Shown here: positions 1 to 9,621 of the stretch, in pieces
How positions within the stretch are numbered: position 1 is the first letter of the stretch
Layout of the letters: the number at the start of each line of letters is the position of its first letter
Source: a virus
Virus record (IMG/VR): IMGVR_UViG_3300025425_000012
Direction: 5' to 3' (one strand)
DNA: 64,000 nucleotides
The notes under the pieces: generated by a model
Databases searched by the model: none
Seen by the model: only the letters and a program-made list of their open reading frames with translations
What the model was told of the DNA's origin: nothing
Made by a program: the position numbers and the translations under genes

Positions 1-482
1 ACGAATAAGGAGTTGCTGCATTATCAAAAATTACTCTAAGATTATTAGCTTTTGCAGCTGCAAGAATAGTGTCTAGCTCCTGTACATGACCAAAACAGTT
101 AGTTACAAGAAGTATATTTCCTTGCTTTAAGTTCATTAAATCAATAACGTGAGGTAAATTAATATCACTATTAAAATCAACGATAATAGGATTTCTACAT
201 TCACCTTGAAAGGCTGGGTAGAACGTGAAGTCTTGTGTTATAACTCTAGGATATATGTTTTCAACTACAGCAATACCGTTTATAATAGCATTAAGAGCTG
301 CGGAACCGTTAACTACAGCGATTACAGCTTTACTATCACATATCTCAAGAATATTTCTTGCAGTTCTCTCAAGTAACTCTACTGTACTACCTCCATTAGT
401 ATATTGATTAGAATCAATAGCTGGTTGAAGGTATAACATAAAGCTAGTTTCATCAAAAGTCTTAGTATGTACGAATTTTTTC
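1..482 (-). CDS. DegT/DnrJ/EryC1-family sugar aminotransferase (PLP-dependent), 5' portion; gene continues past window start
   Basis: The reverse-strand ORF starts at the ATG at 480-482 and has no stop inside the window. Its translation (MKKFVHTKTFDETS...AVVNGSAALNAI...ITQDFTFYPA) matches the N-terminal pattern of sugar aminotransferases (GxxALxxA...ITPxFTF). Confidence 0.5.
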
Positions 483-485
483 ATT

Positions 486-1253
486 CTAAATTTCTATAGC
501 AGAATATACAGTTTCCCAGTCTACATAGGGAGAGATACAGTATTCTTGTAAATGAGTAGCGTGACTTGGGATCGGGCATACAGCTCCTGCTTGTGCAAAA
601 GCTTTCCAAGTCCAGGAGTCATCAGCAAAAGCGCCTGCTCTTAGTAGCTCATATTTAAATTTAAGCCATGTATGTCCGTAGGCAGCTACAGTTAACGTAG
701 CGCTCGGAATACTTCTGAGGTGCCCATAAGGCCCTGCATGAATTTCTGCAAGTTTAGAATTATCAAGCGTATATCTATCAGGATAATCATAAGGAGCGTA
801 AAAACCTTGATAACCTTTAGCATACACGCCTTTCATCGCAGTAATTGCGTGTGGAAGGTGCAGGTAATCATCTTCACAAATATAAATTACTTCATCAGGA
901 TTATTTTCTGCAATCTTAATTAAAGCTTCCATTAGGTCTGGGCATGAGTTAGGTAACACAGGGTGGTATGTAGGGTAAGGATGACTCGCTCTAAGCTCTT
1001 CCAAAGAGGTAATATCTATTTCTTCATATTGAGCAACCGTGTTATTACTGAACCAGTCAAGAGTATCAGGAGAGGTTCTATCATTGATAATAAATATAGT
1101 ATCATCAGGAGTAAGACCATTTTGTATAGACATATAGGACTTACGCAAAATCTCTAATTTACCTTTACCCATCCAACGCGGTTTATCTTCATAACCATCT
1201 CCTAGAGATCCTGGAGACAAGTTTGCTTCACAGCTTCTAAATAATACTATCAT
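486..1253 (-). CDS. putative sugar-modifying enzyme / glycosyltransferase-like (EDD acidic motif); function uncertain
   Basis: 255-aa ORF translationally coupled to its neighbours. It carries a YICEDDYLHLP acidic motif reminiscent of glycosyltransferase DxD. No firm family assignment. Confidence 0.25.
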   Translation of the reverse strand: MIVLFRSCEANLSPGSLGDGYEDKPRWMGKGKLEILRKSYMSIQNGLTPDDTIFIINDRTSPDTLDWFSNNTVAQYEEIDITSLEELRASHPYPTYHPVLPNSCPDLMEALIKIAENNPDEVIYICEDDYLHLPHAITAMKGVYAKGYQGFYAPYDYPDRYTLDNSKLAEIHAGPYGHLRSIPSATLTVAAYGHTWLKFKYELLRAGAFADDSWTWKAFAQAGAVCPIPSHATHLQEYCISPYVDWETVYSAIEI

Positions 1254-1861
1254 TTCTTTTTTACTATCATCCCTGATCTAAATAATTCACTATTCTCCAT
1301 ATCGTCGAATACGTACTCACCTGCACTAACAGTATTATTGTTACCCAAGCTTACAAGAGGTACTACTGTAGCTCCTGCGCCAAAAAAGTTTTTATTACCA
1401 ATTCTTACATTACCTAGTAAGGTTGCATAAGGAGAAAGGACATTATCATCACCTAACACACTATCGTGGTGCGTTGAAACATAAGCATTAAAACAGTTGA
1501 AGTTACCTAAAACAGCGTTTGCATTGACTAGACTAAACTCACAGAATACATTTCCGTAACCCATTACAGACGTCTGTGAGATACGAGACGTAGCTGCAAA
1601 GTAGTTAGGAAAATGCTTAATACCTAGTGGATACTGCTTACTTAATATAGAGATAAACATATCCCTATGTTTCTTTATACCTGTACCTAAAATAAACTTA
1701 TCAGAACTAGATTTAGTGATTTCTTTTTTATTTGCTATGAGTTTGCCTTCATCATAACTTACAAAACCTGCAAAATCTGTACAGTCTGAGTTTACAATCA
1801 TTTGTTCAAAGATTTCTTTAGTAAAGCCACCTTGGCCTAAAATATATGTGCTCATTATCAA
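1250..1861 (-). CDS. NeuD/PglD-family sugar O/N-acetyltransferase (left-handed beta-helix, hexapeptide repeats)
   Basis: N-terminal YILGQGGFTKEI resembles the NeuD Rossmann-like start. The C-terminal half has [LIV]G-x-x-x-x hexapeptide repeats (VLGDDNVLSPYATLLGNVRIGNKNFFGAGATVV). Confidence 0.55.
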   Translation of the reverse strand: MIMSTYILGQGGFTKEIFEQMIVNSDCTDFAGFVSYDEGKLIANKKEITKSSSDKFILGTGIKKHRDMFISILSKQYPLGIKHFPNYFAATSRISQTSVMGYGNVFCEFSLVNANAVLGNFNCFNAYVSTHHDSVLGDDNVLSPYATLLGNVRIGNKNFFGAGATVVPLVSLGNNNTVSAGEYVFDDMENSELFRSGMIVKKK

Positions 1862-1904
1862 TCTCTACTTATGGTTAGAGGGGCCACTAAGTGACCCCTC
1901 ATTG

Positions 1905-2162
1905 TTATTTTATGTTTTTACTAGGAGCGCTTCTATCAGTAACAAAAGAATACATAGCTTCAGCTTTAGTTTTAACATCTGCATCTGTATACTGTGCTCT
2001 AGACTGAGCAGCAGACATTTCATCATTATTAAAATGTACTTCACTATTTAGCATATGGTTATAGGTTACTGAGGCTCGTTGACGCTCTGCTTCTAGCATA
2101 TTTTGTGCTAAAATTAAAACATCCAGCCTTACTTCATACGGGGTCTTTGTCATTATCATCAC
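1905..2162 (-). CDS. hypothetical protein
   Basis: 85-aa ORF in the minus-strand operon, overlapping its neighbours by a few nt. Confidence 0.3.
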   Translation of the reverse strand: MMIMTKTPYEVRLDVLILAQNMLEAERQRASVTYNHMLNSEVHFNNDEMSAAQSRAQYTDADVKTKAEAMYSFVTDRSAPSKNIK

Positions 2163-2943
2163 CTACTGCTGTTGCACGCTCATCATCTGTAAAAGCACTA
2201 CTAGCATATAGAGATTGAGTACTAGTACCCTCACTACGTGCTTGTCTCATAGCTGAGACTTTATTAGACGCAATAGACATAGTACCTGCCATAGCACCCT
2301 TACTAAACTGAATTGTGTTATGCTCCTGAAAACCATAAACACTTGATGCTGCGAAAGCATCAATGTCTGCACCCATAAAAGTGAATACCCAGTCTTTAGC
2401 TTCTGCTTTGGCGATCATCTGCTTAATATCAATACTTCCAAAAGTACTAGAAGCATTTTCATAGCCGTCAGTAAGAATATTAATAATAATAGAATCTCTA
2501 TCAGCTTTCTTAGTTTCAGCAAACAGATTATTTACAGTAAGCATAACGGAACCTATTGCATCATTTAGATTTGTCATACCAGCTGGATTATAATCTCTAC
2601 GAGTAATATGCTCTACTTCTTTAATGTTTTTACGAGTTACAATACTAATCACATTATTACCATCAAACTTAACAATAGATACAAAAGTCTTAATCTTTTG
2701 TGCTTTTGAATCCTTACGCTGGCTGTCTAAAAACTCATTACAGCTACTAATCGTAGCGTCTGTTGAGCCGTTCATTGAGGATGATTCATCTAGAATCATT
2801 ACTACATGCGATGTTTTCGTTCCTGCACGTTTTGGTTTAAAAGCCTCGGCAAGAGTAAGTGGTTTTGGTGCCTTTATTGCTCCTGCAAGTGCTTCACCAA
2901 TCAGTGACGATGTAACTGGTGCGTATGTTTTAATTCTTCTCAT
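2134..2943 (-). CDS. von Willebrand factor type A (vWA) domain protein
   Basis: Metal-ion-dependent adhesion site (MIDAS) motif VVMILDESSSMNGS (DxSxS), plus a downstream T and D..D consistent with the vWA fold. Confidence 0.55.
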   Translation of the reverse strand: MRRIKTYAPVTSSLIGEALAGAIKAPKPLTLAEAFKPKRAGTKTSHVVMILDESSSMNGSTDATISSCNEFLDSQRKDSKAQKIKTFVSIVKFDGNNVISIVTRKNIKEVEHITRRDYNPAGMTNLNDAIGSVMLTVNNLFAETKKADRDSIIINILTDGYENASSTFGSIDIKQMIAKAEAKDWVFTFMGADIDAFAASSVYGFQEHNTIQFSKGAMAGTMSIASNKVSAMRQARSEGTSTQSLYASSAFTDDERATAVGDDNDKDPV

Positions 2944-3017
2944 TTATTATTTCTCTTTTTCTGTGCTGTGTGTGATGCTATAATAACCTTGTTATAGCTC
3001 GGATATATTTATGGGTA

Positions 3018-3275
3018 TCACCCCAATTTATACAGCAAGTGACCAACTTCGTCAGTAACTCTTTGTTTAAACTCTGGAAAGGATATAGTATCTTCACTTT
3101 TACAAAATTGTAGATTAAGAGGATGCTCAACACCATCAATATATGTAAATAGGAAAATATCATCATTGGGGAAACAACGCATAGAAACATTGTATGCTAC
3201 TTTGTTTATTGTTATACGCATGACTCTCCAATAAAAATAGGCCCGTTCTGTTGCAAGGTGGAGCCCATACCCCAT
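3018..3275 (-). CDS. hypothetical protein
   Basis: 85-aa ORF on the coding strand of the minus block. Confidence 0.3.
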   Translation of the reverse strand: MGYGLHLATERAYFYWRVMRITINKVAYNVSMRCFPNDDIFLFTYIDGVEHPLNLQFCKSEDTISFPEFKQRVTDEVGHLLYKLG

Positions 3276-3721
3276 GTCGTTACGCTGCTAGAGCGTAACC
3301 CATAGGTGCACTATTTTTGTTTGCATCTATAAAGTTTCTTGCGGTTACAGTCGCTTGCGCACTGGCTTCTAGCTTACTCTTTGATACCTGTCGATCCTAT
3401 TTCGACCCCATCATCTACCTACTAAGTTCATTCTTTATCGTTACTAAGCGCTTAGCATGAATATAACGAGTTATCGTAGTAGGTAGGTGGTGGAGTCGCT
3501 GGGTACTGCCCCCAGGTCCAGAATATCTCCAATTCACATAATTGAAGCGATGATTTTATTATACTTCGTTTCTTAGTAGCTTTTCTAAATCTTTTTCATG
3601 TGGCTCATACTCTACCCATAGATCAGGACCAGAGATTTCCCCATGTTGTGGAATGTTACGAGCAGCTATTACACCTGATAAAAAGGCGTGTTTTAGCATA
3701 CGTGCAATTAGCAGTGTCATG

Positions 3722-4555
3722 TTAAGTACCTTTAGTTAAAAAATCGTTAATAGCGTCTACAATGTTATTAACATCACAAGCATATAAACCTGCTGAGTTA
3801 AAACCATTATACTCTACTACAGCTAACCCTTTATCTGTTTGAGCAATATCAATAGTATATACGTCGCCAGGATTATGTATATTAATACAATCATGAGCAA
3901 AGTCTAATACTTCTTGGTAAATTTCTCTACTAGACATTATAGTTTGCCATTGCTTATATATAGTATATTCGACAATCTTAGAATCTACTACTATTAGTCT
4001 CCACTCTATATTAGTGTTTTTTACAGAACTTACAACTACCTCAAAGTCTCTAGGTATCCACTCTTGTGCAAACACTCCTTCAATAAAGTAACTATATCGT
4101 TTAGTATCAAATACAGTACCAGCAAACTCTTTATTATCTGTATTAGGCTTAGCAAAAAAGAGCTCCCAGCCTTGTTGTTCTGCTATATTGTCTGCCTCTT
4201 CGGCCTTACAGATAATCATATCTGAGTTAAGATACTTATTACCTAGGGCTGCACTAACAACACTTTCTTTGACACCTGAATAATCCCACACAAGAGGTTC
4301 CGCAGTCATCTGCTTAGCTACTGCTCTAATATTTGTACTTCCGTACATAACAGCAGGGCTAACAACTTCTGGAAGTCCTCCAACAACTTCATGAGAAAAA
4401 GGTATAATGTCTAGTTCTAACCACGTATGATTAGTTTCTTTACATCTTTTTCTAATAGCTTCGGATACTTCACTACATCTATCTGCAAATAAGCCGCTAC
4501 TTTGAGTAATCCAAGTTACCATATTATCGACCTCCGCAGTAGATACAAGGATCAC
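3722..4555 (-). CDS. ATP-grasp fold protein (ligase-like)
   Basis: C-terminal half shows the ATP-grasp pattern: FAKPNTDNKEFAGTVF ... EWRLIVVDSKIV ... YTIDIAQTDKGLAVVEYNGFNSAGLY. Confidence 0.4.
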   Translation of the reverse strand: MILVSTAEVDNMVTWITQSSGLFADRCSEVSEAIRKRCKETNHTWLELDIIPFSHEVVGGLPEVVSPAVMYGSTNIRAVAKQMTAEPLVWDYSGVKESVVSAALGNKYLNSDMIICKAEEADNIAEQQGWELFFAKPNTDNKEFAGTVFDTKRYSYFIEGVFAQEWIPRDFEVVVSSVKNTNIEWRLIVVDSKIVEYTIYKQWQTIMSSREIYQEVLDFAHDCINIHNPGDVYTIDIAQTDKGLAVVEYNGFNSAGLYACDVNNIVDAINDFLTKGT

Positions 4556-4815
4556 TTGTACTTGTTGTGTTACTCAAAGTTATATTATTACCAGTACCTG
4601 AGGTAACAGCTACTTGGCTATTAGTAGAGAATAAGTAGTAACAAATAATTACCGTTAATACTATACTCAGTACCCATAAGCTAATAAACAGGTTCATACT
4701 TCAATTCTTTTACATTTATTACAGCGCCAAGCAGTGTCACCCTCTAACCAGATAATAGTACCACCTCCATGTGTTTTGCTACATATAAAGTTACTTAACC
4801 AGTTCTTAAACTTAA

Positions 4816-5472
4816 TCATAGGTTTGGCCATAGCTGTTTACAAATGCTTTCACACTTATTAATATCAAGCCAATCATCTGTACGAATACCACTTTCCATA
4901 TCTAAGTAGTAAGGTCCGCGAGCTTTAACCTTACGATTAATCTCTAGTACATTTTCTGGGTTAATACCACCAGCGTACCCCATAAGGAACTCTGTTCTAA
5001 AGTCAGGGTAGTCGCCCTCAATTACTGTTCCTCGCCCACCAGAAGTATCGTAAAGAGCAGTAAATTGATGAGTAGGATTTTTCTCACTACGATGCTGAAT
5101 AATAAAGCTAGTTTCAGCAAATATATTAGACATAACACCAAGTTTAGGAAAGTCATAACGCTTATCTAACAGGTTAATCTGAATACGATCAAAGTAGTCA
5201 TACCAAGTCTCTACTCTACCTTCTTGAAAGTCTGTAGCTTTACTACCGCATACGTGTAAAGCACAGTCTAAGCTCATTAAGTCTGAACAATCTACAAAAT
5301 CCATAATCACACCTTCATCTGGGTATCTAGATTTTGATCCAGGATTGGTACCGTATAGCACACCCCATTCAATAGGGAAGCGATTAGATAGATCAATACA
5401 ATCGTCAGTATCAGTATTTTCGTCAATACCAATAAAAGATACAAATTCAGGAGTTCTCATTTTAGTTTCCAA
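4816..5472 (-). CDS. TrpF-like (phosphoribosylanthranilate isomerase family) TIM-barrel protein
   Basis: C-terminal DTSGGRGTVIEGDYP...LMGYAGGINPENVLEINRKVKARGPYYLDMESGIRT parallels TrpF DSGSGGGGTGETFDW...ILAGGLTPENV...GVDVSSGVE. Confidence 0.4.
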   Translation of the reverse strand: METKMRTPEFVSFIGIDENTDTDDCIDLSNRFPIEWGVLYGTNPGSKSRYPDEGVIMDFVDCSDLMSLDCALHVCGSKATDFQEGRVETWYDYFDRIQINLLDKRYDFPKLGVMSNIFAETSFIIQHRSEKNPTHQFTALYDTSGGRGTVIEGDYPDFRTEFLMGYAGGINPENVLEINRKVKARGPYYLDMESGIRTDDWLDINKCESICKQLWPNL

Positions 5473-5476
5473 TAAT

Positions 5477-5965
5477 TTAGGGTGCTAGAGGTTTCCACAT
5501 TTTAGCGTATACCAACACGTTAGGACGATCATCATTTTCACAAGGTGGTGGAATCGCACATGATTTTTTACCTCCTAGAGTGGTGTTCTCATGCCCCAAG
5601 TAAACATCAGGAATCTGACAAATCTTAATAAACTCTTTACTGTTTACTCTGAGCACCACTTTGCGAAAGTGATTTTGGAACCAATTGATGTAGTCCGGGA
5701 ATTTGTAAGCACCATGGTCAGCAATATCTTGAATATTGTTAGCTTTTAGGAAGTGCTCATGTGCCGACAGAACAGAATGGGCTACAAGTGTAGGAACCAT
5801 AAAGTCTGGAACTTGATCCAATACTGCGATATACATTTTCATAGCTTTTGTAGCCTTAAGCTCTGGCTGTCCCAGTTCTTCATAAGGCACACCGTTGATC
5901 TCAGAGAACCCAATTGTTCCAATGTTCATATGCGGTTTGTTTTGAATATAAATGGTAGAATTCAT
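5477..5965 (-). CDS. PTH2-like protein (peptidyl-tRNA hydrolase 2 family), tentative
   Basis: KMYIAVLDQ...PTLVAHSVLSAHE...KVVLRVNSKE...NVLVYAKMW is co-linear with PTH2 motifs (KMVLVVR...AAQCSHAA...KVVLK). Confidence 0.35.
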   Translation of the reverse strand: MNSTIYIQNKPHMNIGTIGFSEINGVPYEELGQPELKATKAMKMYIAVLDQVPDFMVPTLVAHSVLSAHEHFLKANNIQDIADHGAYKFPDYINWFQNHFRKVVLRVNSKEFIKICQIPDVYLGHENTTLGGKKSCAIPPPCENDDRPNVLVYAKMWKPLAP

Positions 5966-6424
5966 TATATAACTCCTAAAATACCTACTAGAATAAAATT
6001 GCCTAGGATTACGACAAGAGCAGCGACTACGATAGCTACAATAGCTGTTTCAATCTTTTCAAATTTACTCATCTATTGTTTCTTGTAGTCTAGCTTTAAA
6101 CTCTGTCAGGGATATTTCTAAAGGAAAGTATACTACATAACCATTATCAACTAACTTAGCAATCTGGGCTAACTGTACGGATAAACTTGGTTGTATTTTT
6201 GACATAACCTATTCTTCCTCGAATATGAACTATGACATAGTGCTTACTACAGCATAGATAAGACCGTACCAAAAACCAATAACAAATAAAAGAAACGCTG
6301 TAATACAAAGACTATAATAAAGTACACGTTTTAGTGTATAAGGCGCATATACGCTTTTAAGCACTTTGAATGTTTCTTTTACAGATCTATCTTTTGCTAC
6401 ATATAAAGTCATAATTTATTCTTT

Positions 6425-6877
6425 CTATTTTTGACAAGAAGCCACAATAGCTTCAAGTTTAGATACCATTTCACGGCCAGAAGAGTCAGCACGACACTGT
6501 GAGTAATAAGGTTCCATCATATATAGAGCACCTTCTAGTTCCTCAATAATATCTAATATAAAGGCCCCTGACAGATCATGTTTACGATGTTTTCTAGCTT
6601 CCATCTCAAGTTTATAAGCTCTATCAGATGCTTTTTGTACTGCTAAAGCCTCTCTTTGTAACTTACGTGAGCCATTGTAAGCACTCCGTATCATAGGCAT
6701 TAGATCAACACCGTTAGGGTAATTACCTGGATTTTGATCACGAAAGCTTTTACATTTTTTACTGAAATAGTGCTGCCATAGACCTGTTCTATCAGGCTCT
6801 TTACATAGGATACTACGAGGTAAACCACATGCAGGGCATTCCGCATGATTAGCGCCAGATAATTTCAAGGTTTCCAT
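6425..6877 (-). CDS. hypothetical protein with N-terminal Cys cluster (zinc-ribbon-like)
   Basis: 150 aa with a CPACG...C motif near the N-terminus. Confidence 0.35.
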   Translation of the reverse strand: METLKLSGANHAECPACGLPRSILCKEPDRTGLWQHYFSKKCKSFRDQNPGNYPNGVDLMPMIRSAYNGSRKLQREALAVQKASDRAYKLEMEARKHRKHDLSGAFILDIIEELEGALYMMEPYYSQCRADSSGREMVSKLEAIVASCQK

Positions 6878-6878
6878 T

Positions 6879-7064
6879 TTACTTATCCCTGTTTACAACT
6901 ATACCGGATACTGTTGCATAAGTATAATCTCCGGAGTCATCCCCACGAGTAACACGTATAGTAACACTAAAGTGGTCAGTATCCCTATAACCAATACTAT
7001 TAACATAGTTTTTGATAGCTTGAGTGATTTCATCGTCTGTAAGTGATAGTGTTATATCAGCCAT
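6879..7064 (-). CDS. hypothetical protein
   Basis: 61-aa ORF, start/stop coupled with its neighbours. Confidence 0.3.
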   Translation of the reverse strand: MADITLSLTDDEITQAIKNYVNSIGYRDTDHFSVTIRVTRGDDSGDYTYATVSGIVVNRDK

Positions 7065-7294
7065 TAGTAATCAATCTGTTCTGGAGTAACCATTACTGCA
7101 TTAAAATTAAAGATTCTAAAGTTGTCTTCTTCTAAGTCCCACACAAGCTTCATACCTGGAGCATATGTTTTCTCAGGTCCAGAACCGATAATCTTATCTT
7201 CAAGATAGTCTTCTGGTAAATCTTCAATATACGCAAAGATCATTTCTCTTACGTCACCATTTTTCTTAATAAACGAGCCTTGAAAAGCTTTCAT
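7064..7294 (-). CDS. hypothetical protein
   Basis: 76-aa ORF, ATGA overlap with the downstream gene. Confidence 0.3.
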   Translation of the reverse strand: MKAFQGSFIKKNGDVREMIFAYIEDLPEDYLEDKIIGSGPEKTYAPGMKLVWDLEEDNFRIFNFNAVMVTPEQIDY

Positions 7295-7348
7295 GTGTCA
7301 TTCCTTATTTATACATTAAATATAACATACAAATAAGGAACGAGCAAA

Positions 7349-7642
7349 TTATTTATTATATCGCTTTGCTTGTCTTGCTAAACGCTCGGCACGTTCTTTC
7401 TGCGCACGACGTCTATTTTGTTTAATCAACTGTTGTTCGCGTTTCTCAATGTTATCAACAAAGGCTGCTCGCGTCTTGCGCCAACGTCTTTCCCCTGCTT
7501 TCTTATCTAAACGCCTTGTTTCTCCTGCGGAAACAAAGTGTTGTTTACCTCTGAGCAAATTCAAATCGCCTTCTGTCTGAAGTTTTTTCTTCAAAACACG
7601 TAGGGCTTTTGAAATGTCATTATTCTTAACAAATATTTTCAT
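7349..7642 (-). CDS. rpsU: ribosomal protein bS21 homologue
   Basis: MKIFVKNNDISKALRVLKKKLQTEGDL...RRWRKTRAAF...KRYNK aligns with bacterial S21 ([28 protein letters not shown]...). A longer ORF up to the ATG at 7690 is possible, but the internal Met fits the S21 N-terminus. Confidence 0.75.
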   Translation of the reverse strand: MKIFVKNNDISKALRVLKKKLQTEGDLNLLRGKQHFVSAGETRRLDKKAGERRWRKTRAAFVDNIEKREQQLIKQNRRRAQKERAERLARQAKRYNK

Positions 7643-7719
7643 TCTTTTATAATACACATTATTTAAGATTTGTCTACTGTAAAATAACATACAGTAGTGT
7701 AGTGTGACCAGATAAATTC

Positions 7720-7755
7720 ATTTTATAATGTAACTGGTACGTTTACAGTTGCTAA
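7720..7755 (-). promoter_or_regulatory. sigma70-like promoter (TTAGCA-17-TACATT, minus strand) upstream of the bS21 gene
   Basis: Reverse complement reads TTAGCAactgtaaacgtaccagtTACATTATAAAAT. This is the same motif family as the plus-strand promoters. Confidence 0.4.
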
Positions 7756-7833
7756 AAGCATACACTAAAAAGCAGTGGGGCAACGAAAGTAATTTTCAAG
7801 TTGCCTAATGCAAAAATCCGTGCTAGTATTTAT

Positions 7834-8103
7834 TTAACCAATAGTTCTAACTACCCAGTCTAGTAATTCTTCTTTTGTTACTTTACCATAAAGAACTGCT
7901 TTCCTAGAGTTATTCTTTAGAACAAGAAAACAAGGAAATCTACCTTGTTTCATTATAAACTTTGTATATCTAGAGTCATTACTATTAACAATCTCAGTTG
8001 ATATATCACTAATATTAGAATTAACAAATGATACATACTCTGTTACTTCAGGAGTAATAGTATCATTATTTACGTCTGTAAAAGCGATTAGCTCATGACT
8101 CAT
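7834..8103 (-). CDS. hypothetical protein (thioredoxin-fold-like C-terminus, no CxxC)
   Basis: ...GRFPCFLVLKNNSRKAVLYGKVTKEELLDWV resembles the thioredoxin C-terminal beta-alpha unit, but the active-site motif is absent. Confidence 0.3.
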   Translation of the reverse strand: MSHELIAFTDVNNDTITPEVTEYVSFVNSNISDISTEIVNSNDSRYTKFIMKQGRFPCFLVLKNNSRKAVLYGKVTKEELLDWVVRTIG

Positions 8104-8363
8104 GGCTGGGACTCCGTTAAAAATATAATCTGTTCATTTAGCAGTTTTTGATCTGCCTGTAAAGAAGTAATCATTTGGTGTAGGGTTTTTATATCATCCC
8201 CTAGATCACTAGCCACGTTATTAATATTCTCATTTACGTGGCGTATCTGGAATTTAAGTTCTTTTTCTGTTGCATACATGTCTAAACTATACTATAATAA
8301 ATTAACAGTGTCAATTAGAATGTTAATTAATACTGTTGTGAGCTTTATAATATAGGAATTTAA

Positions 8364-8570
8364 ATGAGTAATAGGCCATCTGTTAAAGAATCCCTACAGT
8401 TTCTTAATAAATACACAGAGTATGATTCATCTATTGCAAGTGCGGTAGAAGAATATCATAGACTAAAAGCTTCTGGTCAAGAGTTTTTAGCTTCCCGTAT
8501 GATTGTAGAAATCGTACATACATATAACGAGGATAATATCGACAATGGCAAAAAGACGAGCGCTTCCTGA
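8364..8570 (+). CDS. hypothetical protein
   Basis: 68-aa ORF, the first gene of the plus-strand block after the divergent intergenic region. Confidence 0.35.
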   Translation: MSNRPSVKESLQFLNKYTEYDSSIASAVEEYHRLKASGQEFLASRMIVEIVHTYNEDNIDNGKKTSAS

Positions 8571-8850
8571 TAGGCATATCGGCTCTGGTTATTCTAACTG
8601 GGATATTCGACGTACAATTCGTGAAGCAGAAAATATTTCTAGGTGGAATCCGTGGCTTACGCATGAGTGGATTGAAGAAGCTCGTAATGCAATGACTCTT
8701 GATAAACCTTTCTATAGTGAGTTTAACCAAGCAGCTTCTCGGATCAATCACAATTGGGTTTGGATGAGACAGTATACATGGTTTGATGAGACAGAGTTCT
8801 GGTCAATGCATGGAGAGTCTCGTGGTATTACCCTGATTGAGCTAATTTAA
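8545..8850 (+). CDS. hypothetical protein
   Basis: 101-aa ORF overlapping the upstream gene (coupled). Confidence 0.35.
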   Translation: MAKRRALPDRHIGSGYSNWDIRRTIREAENISRWNPWLTHEWIEEARNAMTLDKPFYSEFNQAASRINHNWVWMRQYTWFDETEFWSMHGESRGITLIELI

Positions 8851-8906
8851 ATAAAATAATACTTCCTATCTACCGATAAATATGCTATTATAAGGAACAA
8901 ATAAGC

Positions 8907-9290
8907 ATGTACTTTAAAATTACTGGCCGTAACCCGTATCGTGACCTAGTTCGCAACGCTCGTAAGATTTGTCTGGAAGACATTAGCGATGATGAACGTA
9001 TGACAGAGTTTCGCAATTTATACAAACTCTTGAAACCACGTATGAGGGAAACAGAAGTGTTTTTGAACTCTCACCCTGCGTTTAATGCGCGGTGTGAACA
9101 CTGGAACCAGCTTGATGTACGGTCTATTAAACCTATGACCAACATTAAAAACCCTTGGTTGGCTTTTAAGCGTACCTTTGAACGGGCTATCGCCCATAAA
9201 CAAAAAACTTCAGTGGGAGATCTTGTGTCACGCGAACTAGCGTGGCTAAACGCAGATAACCACCGTAATGACTGGATTAATGACAAGTAA
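8907..9290 (+). CDS. hypothetical protein
   Basis: 127-aa ORF, preceded by aggaacaaataagcATG. Confidence 0.35.
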   Translation: MYFKITGRNPYRDLVRNARKICLEDISDDERMTEFRNLYKLLKPRMRETEVFLNSHPAFNARCEHWNQLDVRSIKPMTNIKNPWLAFKRTFERAIAHKQKTSVGDLVSRELAWLNADNHRNDWINDK

Positions 9291-9621
9291 CTGTATAAAG
9301 TCTGACGTAAGCAATATACTACAGAACAATCCCTTTGAGGTTGTAGACGATGATACTAATCACGTCTACTCCTCATTGGTATGGGAACTGTGTGAATTAA
9401 GAAGTACTGGTGATTGTAAAGGTATGAGAATTATCGGTAGCGGTAATCTTATGACTGCCCTAAACGTAGTATATACTGAGTGTATAGACGCCGACAAAAG
9501 TAAAGAAGATACTATGGCAGAAGCGTCTACTATGTTTAAAACTATCTTAAAAGATCTATCTGATGAAAAAACTATCAGACATAAACCTGAACAAATCAGA
9601 AAAACATTTAGAGCTGTATAA
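9268..9621 (+). CDS. hypothetical protein
   Basis: 117-aa ORF in the plus-strand gene train. Confidence 0.35.
   Translation: MTGLMTSNCIKSDVSNILQNNPFEVVDDDTNHVYSSLVWELCELRSTGDCKGMRIIGSGNLMTALNVVYTECIDADKSKEDTMAEASTMFKTILKDLSDEKTIRHKPEQIRKTFRAV

Noticed and set aside
225-2983. Plus-strand ORFs 225-407, 720-923, 963-1157, 1848-2051, 2624-2983
   Set aside because: All are antisense to longer, domain-bearing minus-strand genes in a uniformly minus-strand block.
7349-7690. Longer bS21 ORF starting at 7690 (MLFYSRQILNNVYYKR-MKIF...)
   Set aside because: The N-terminal 16 aa have no counterpart in S21 and the internal Met aligns with the S21 N-terminus. Neither start has a strong RBS, so the longer form is not excluded.
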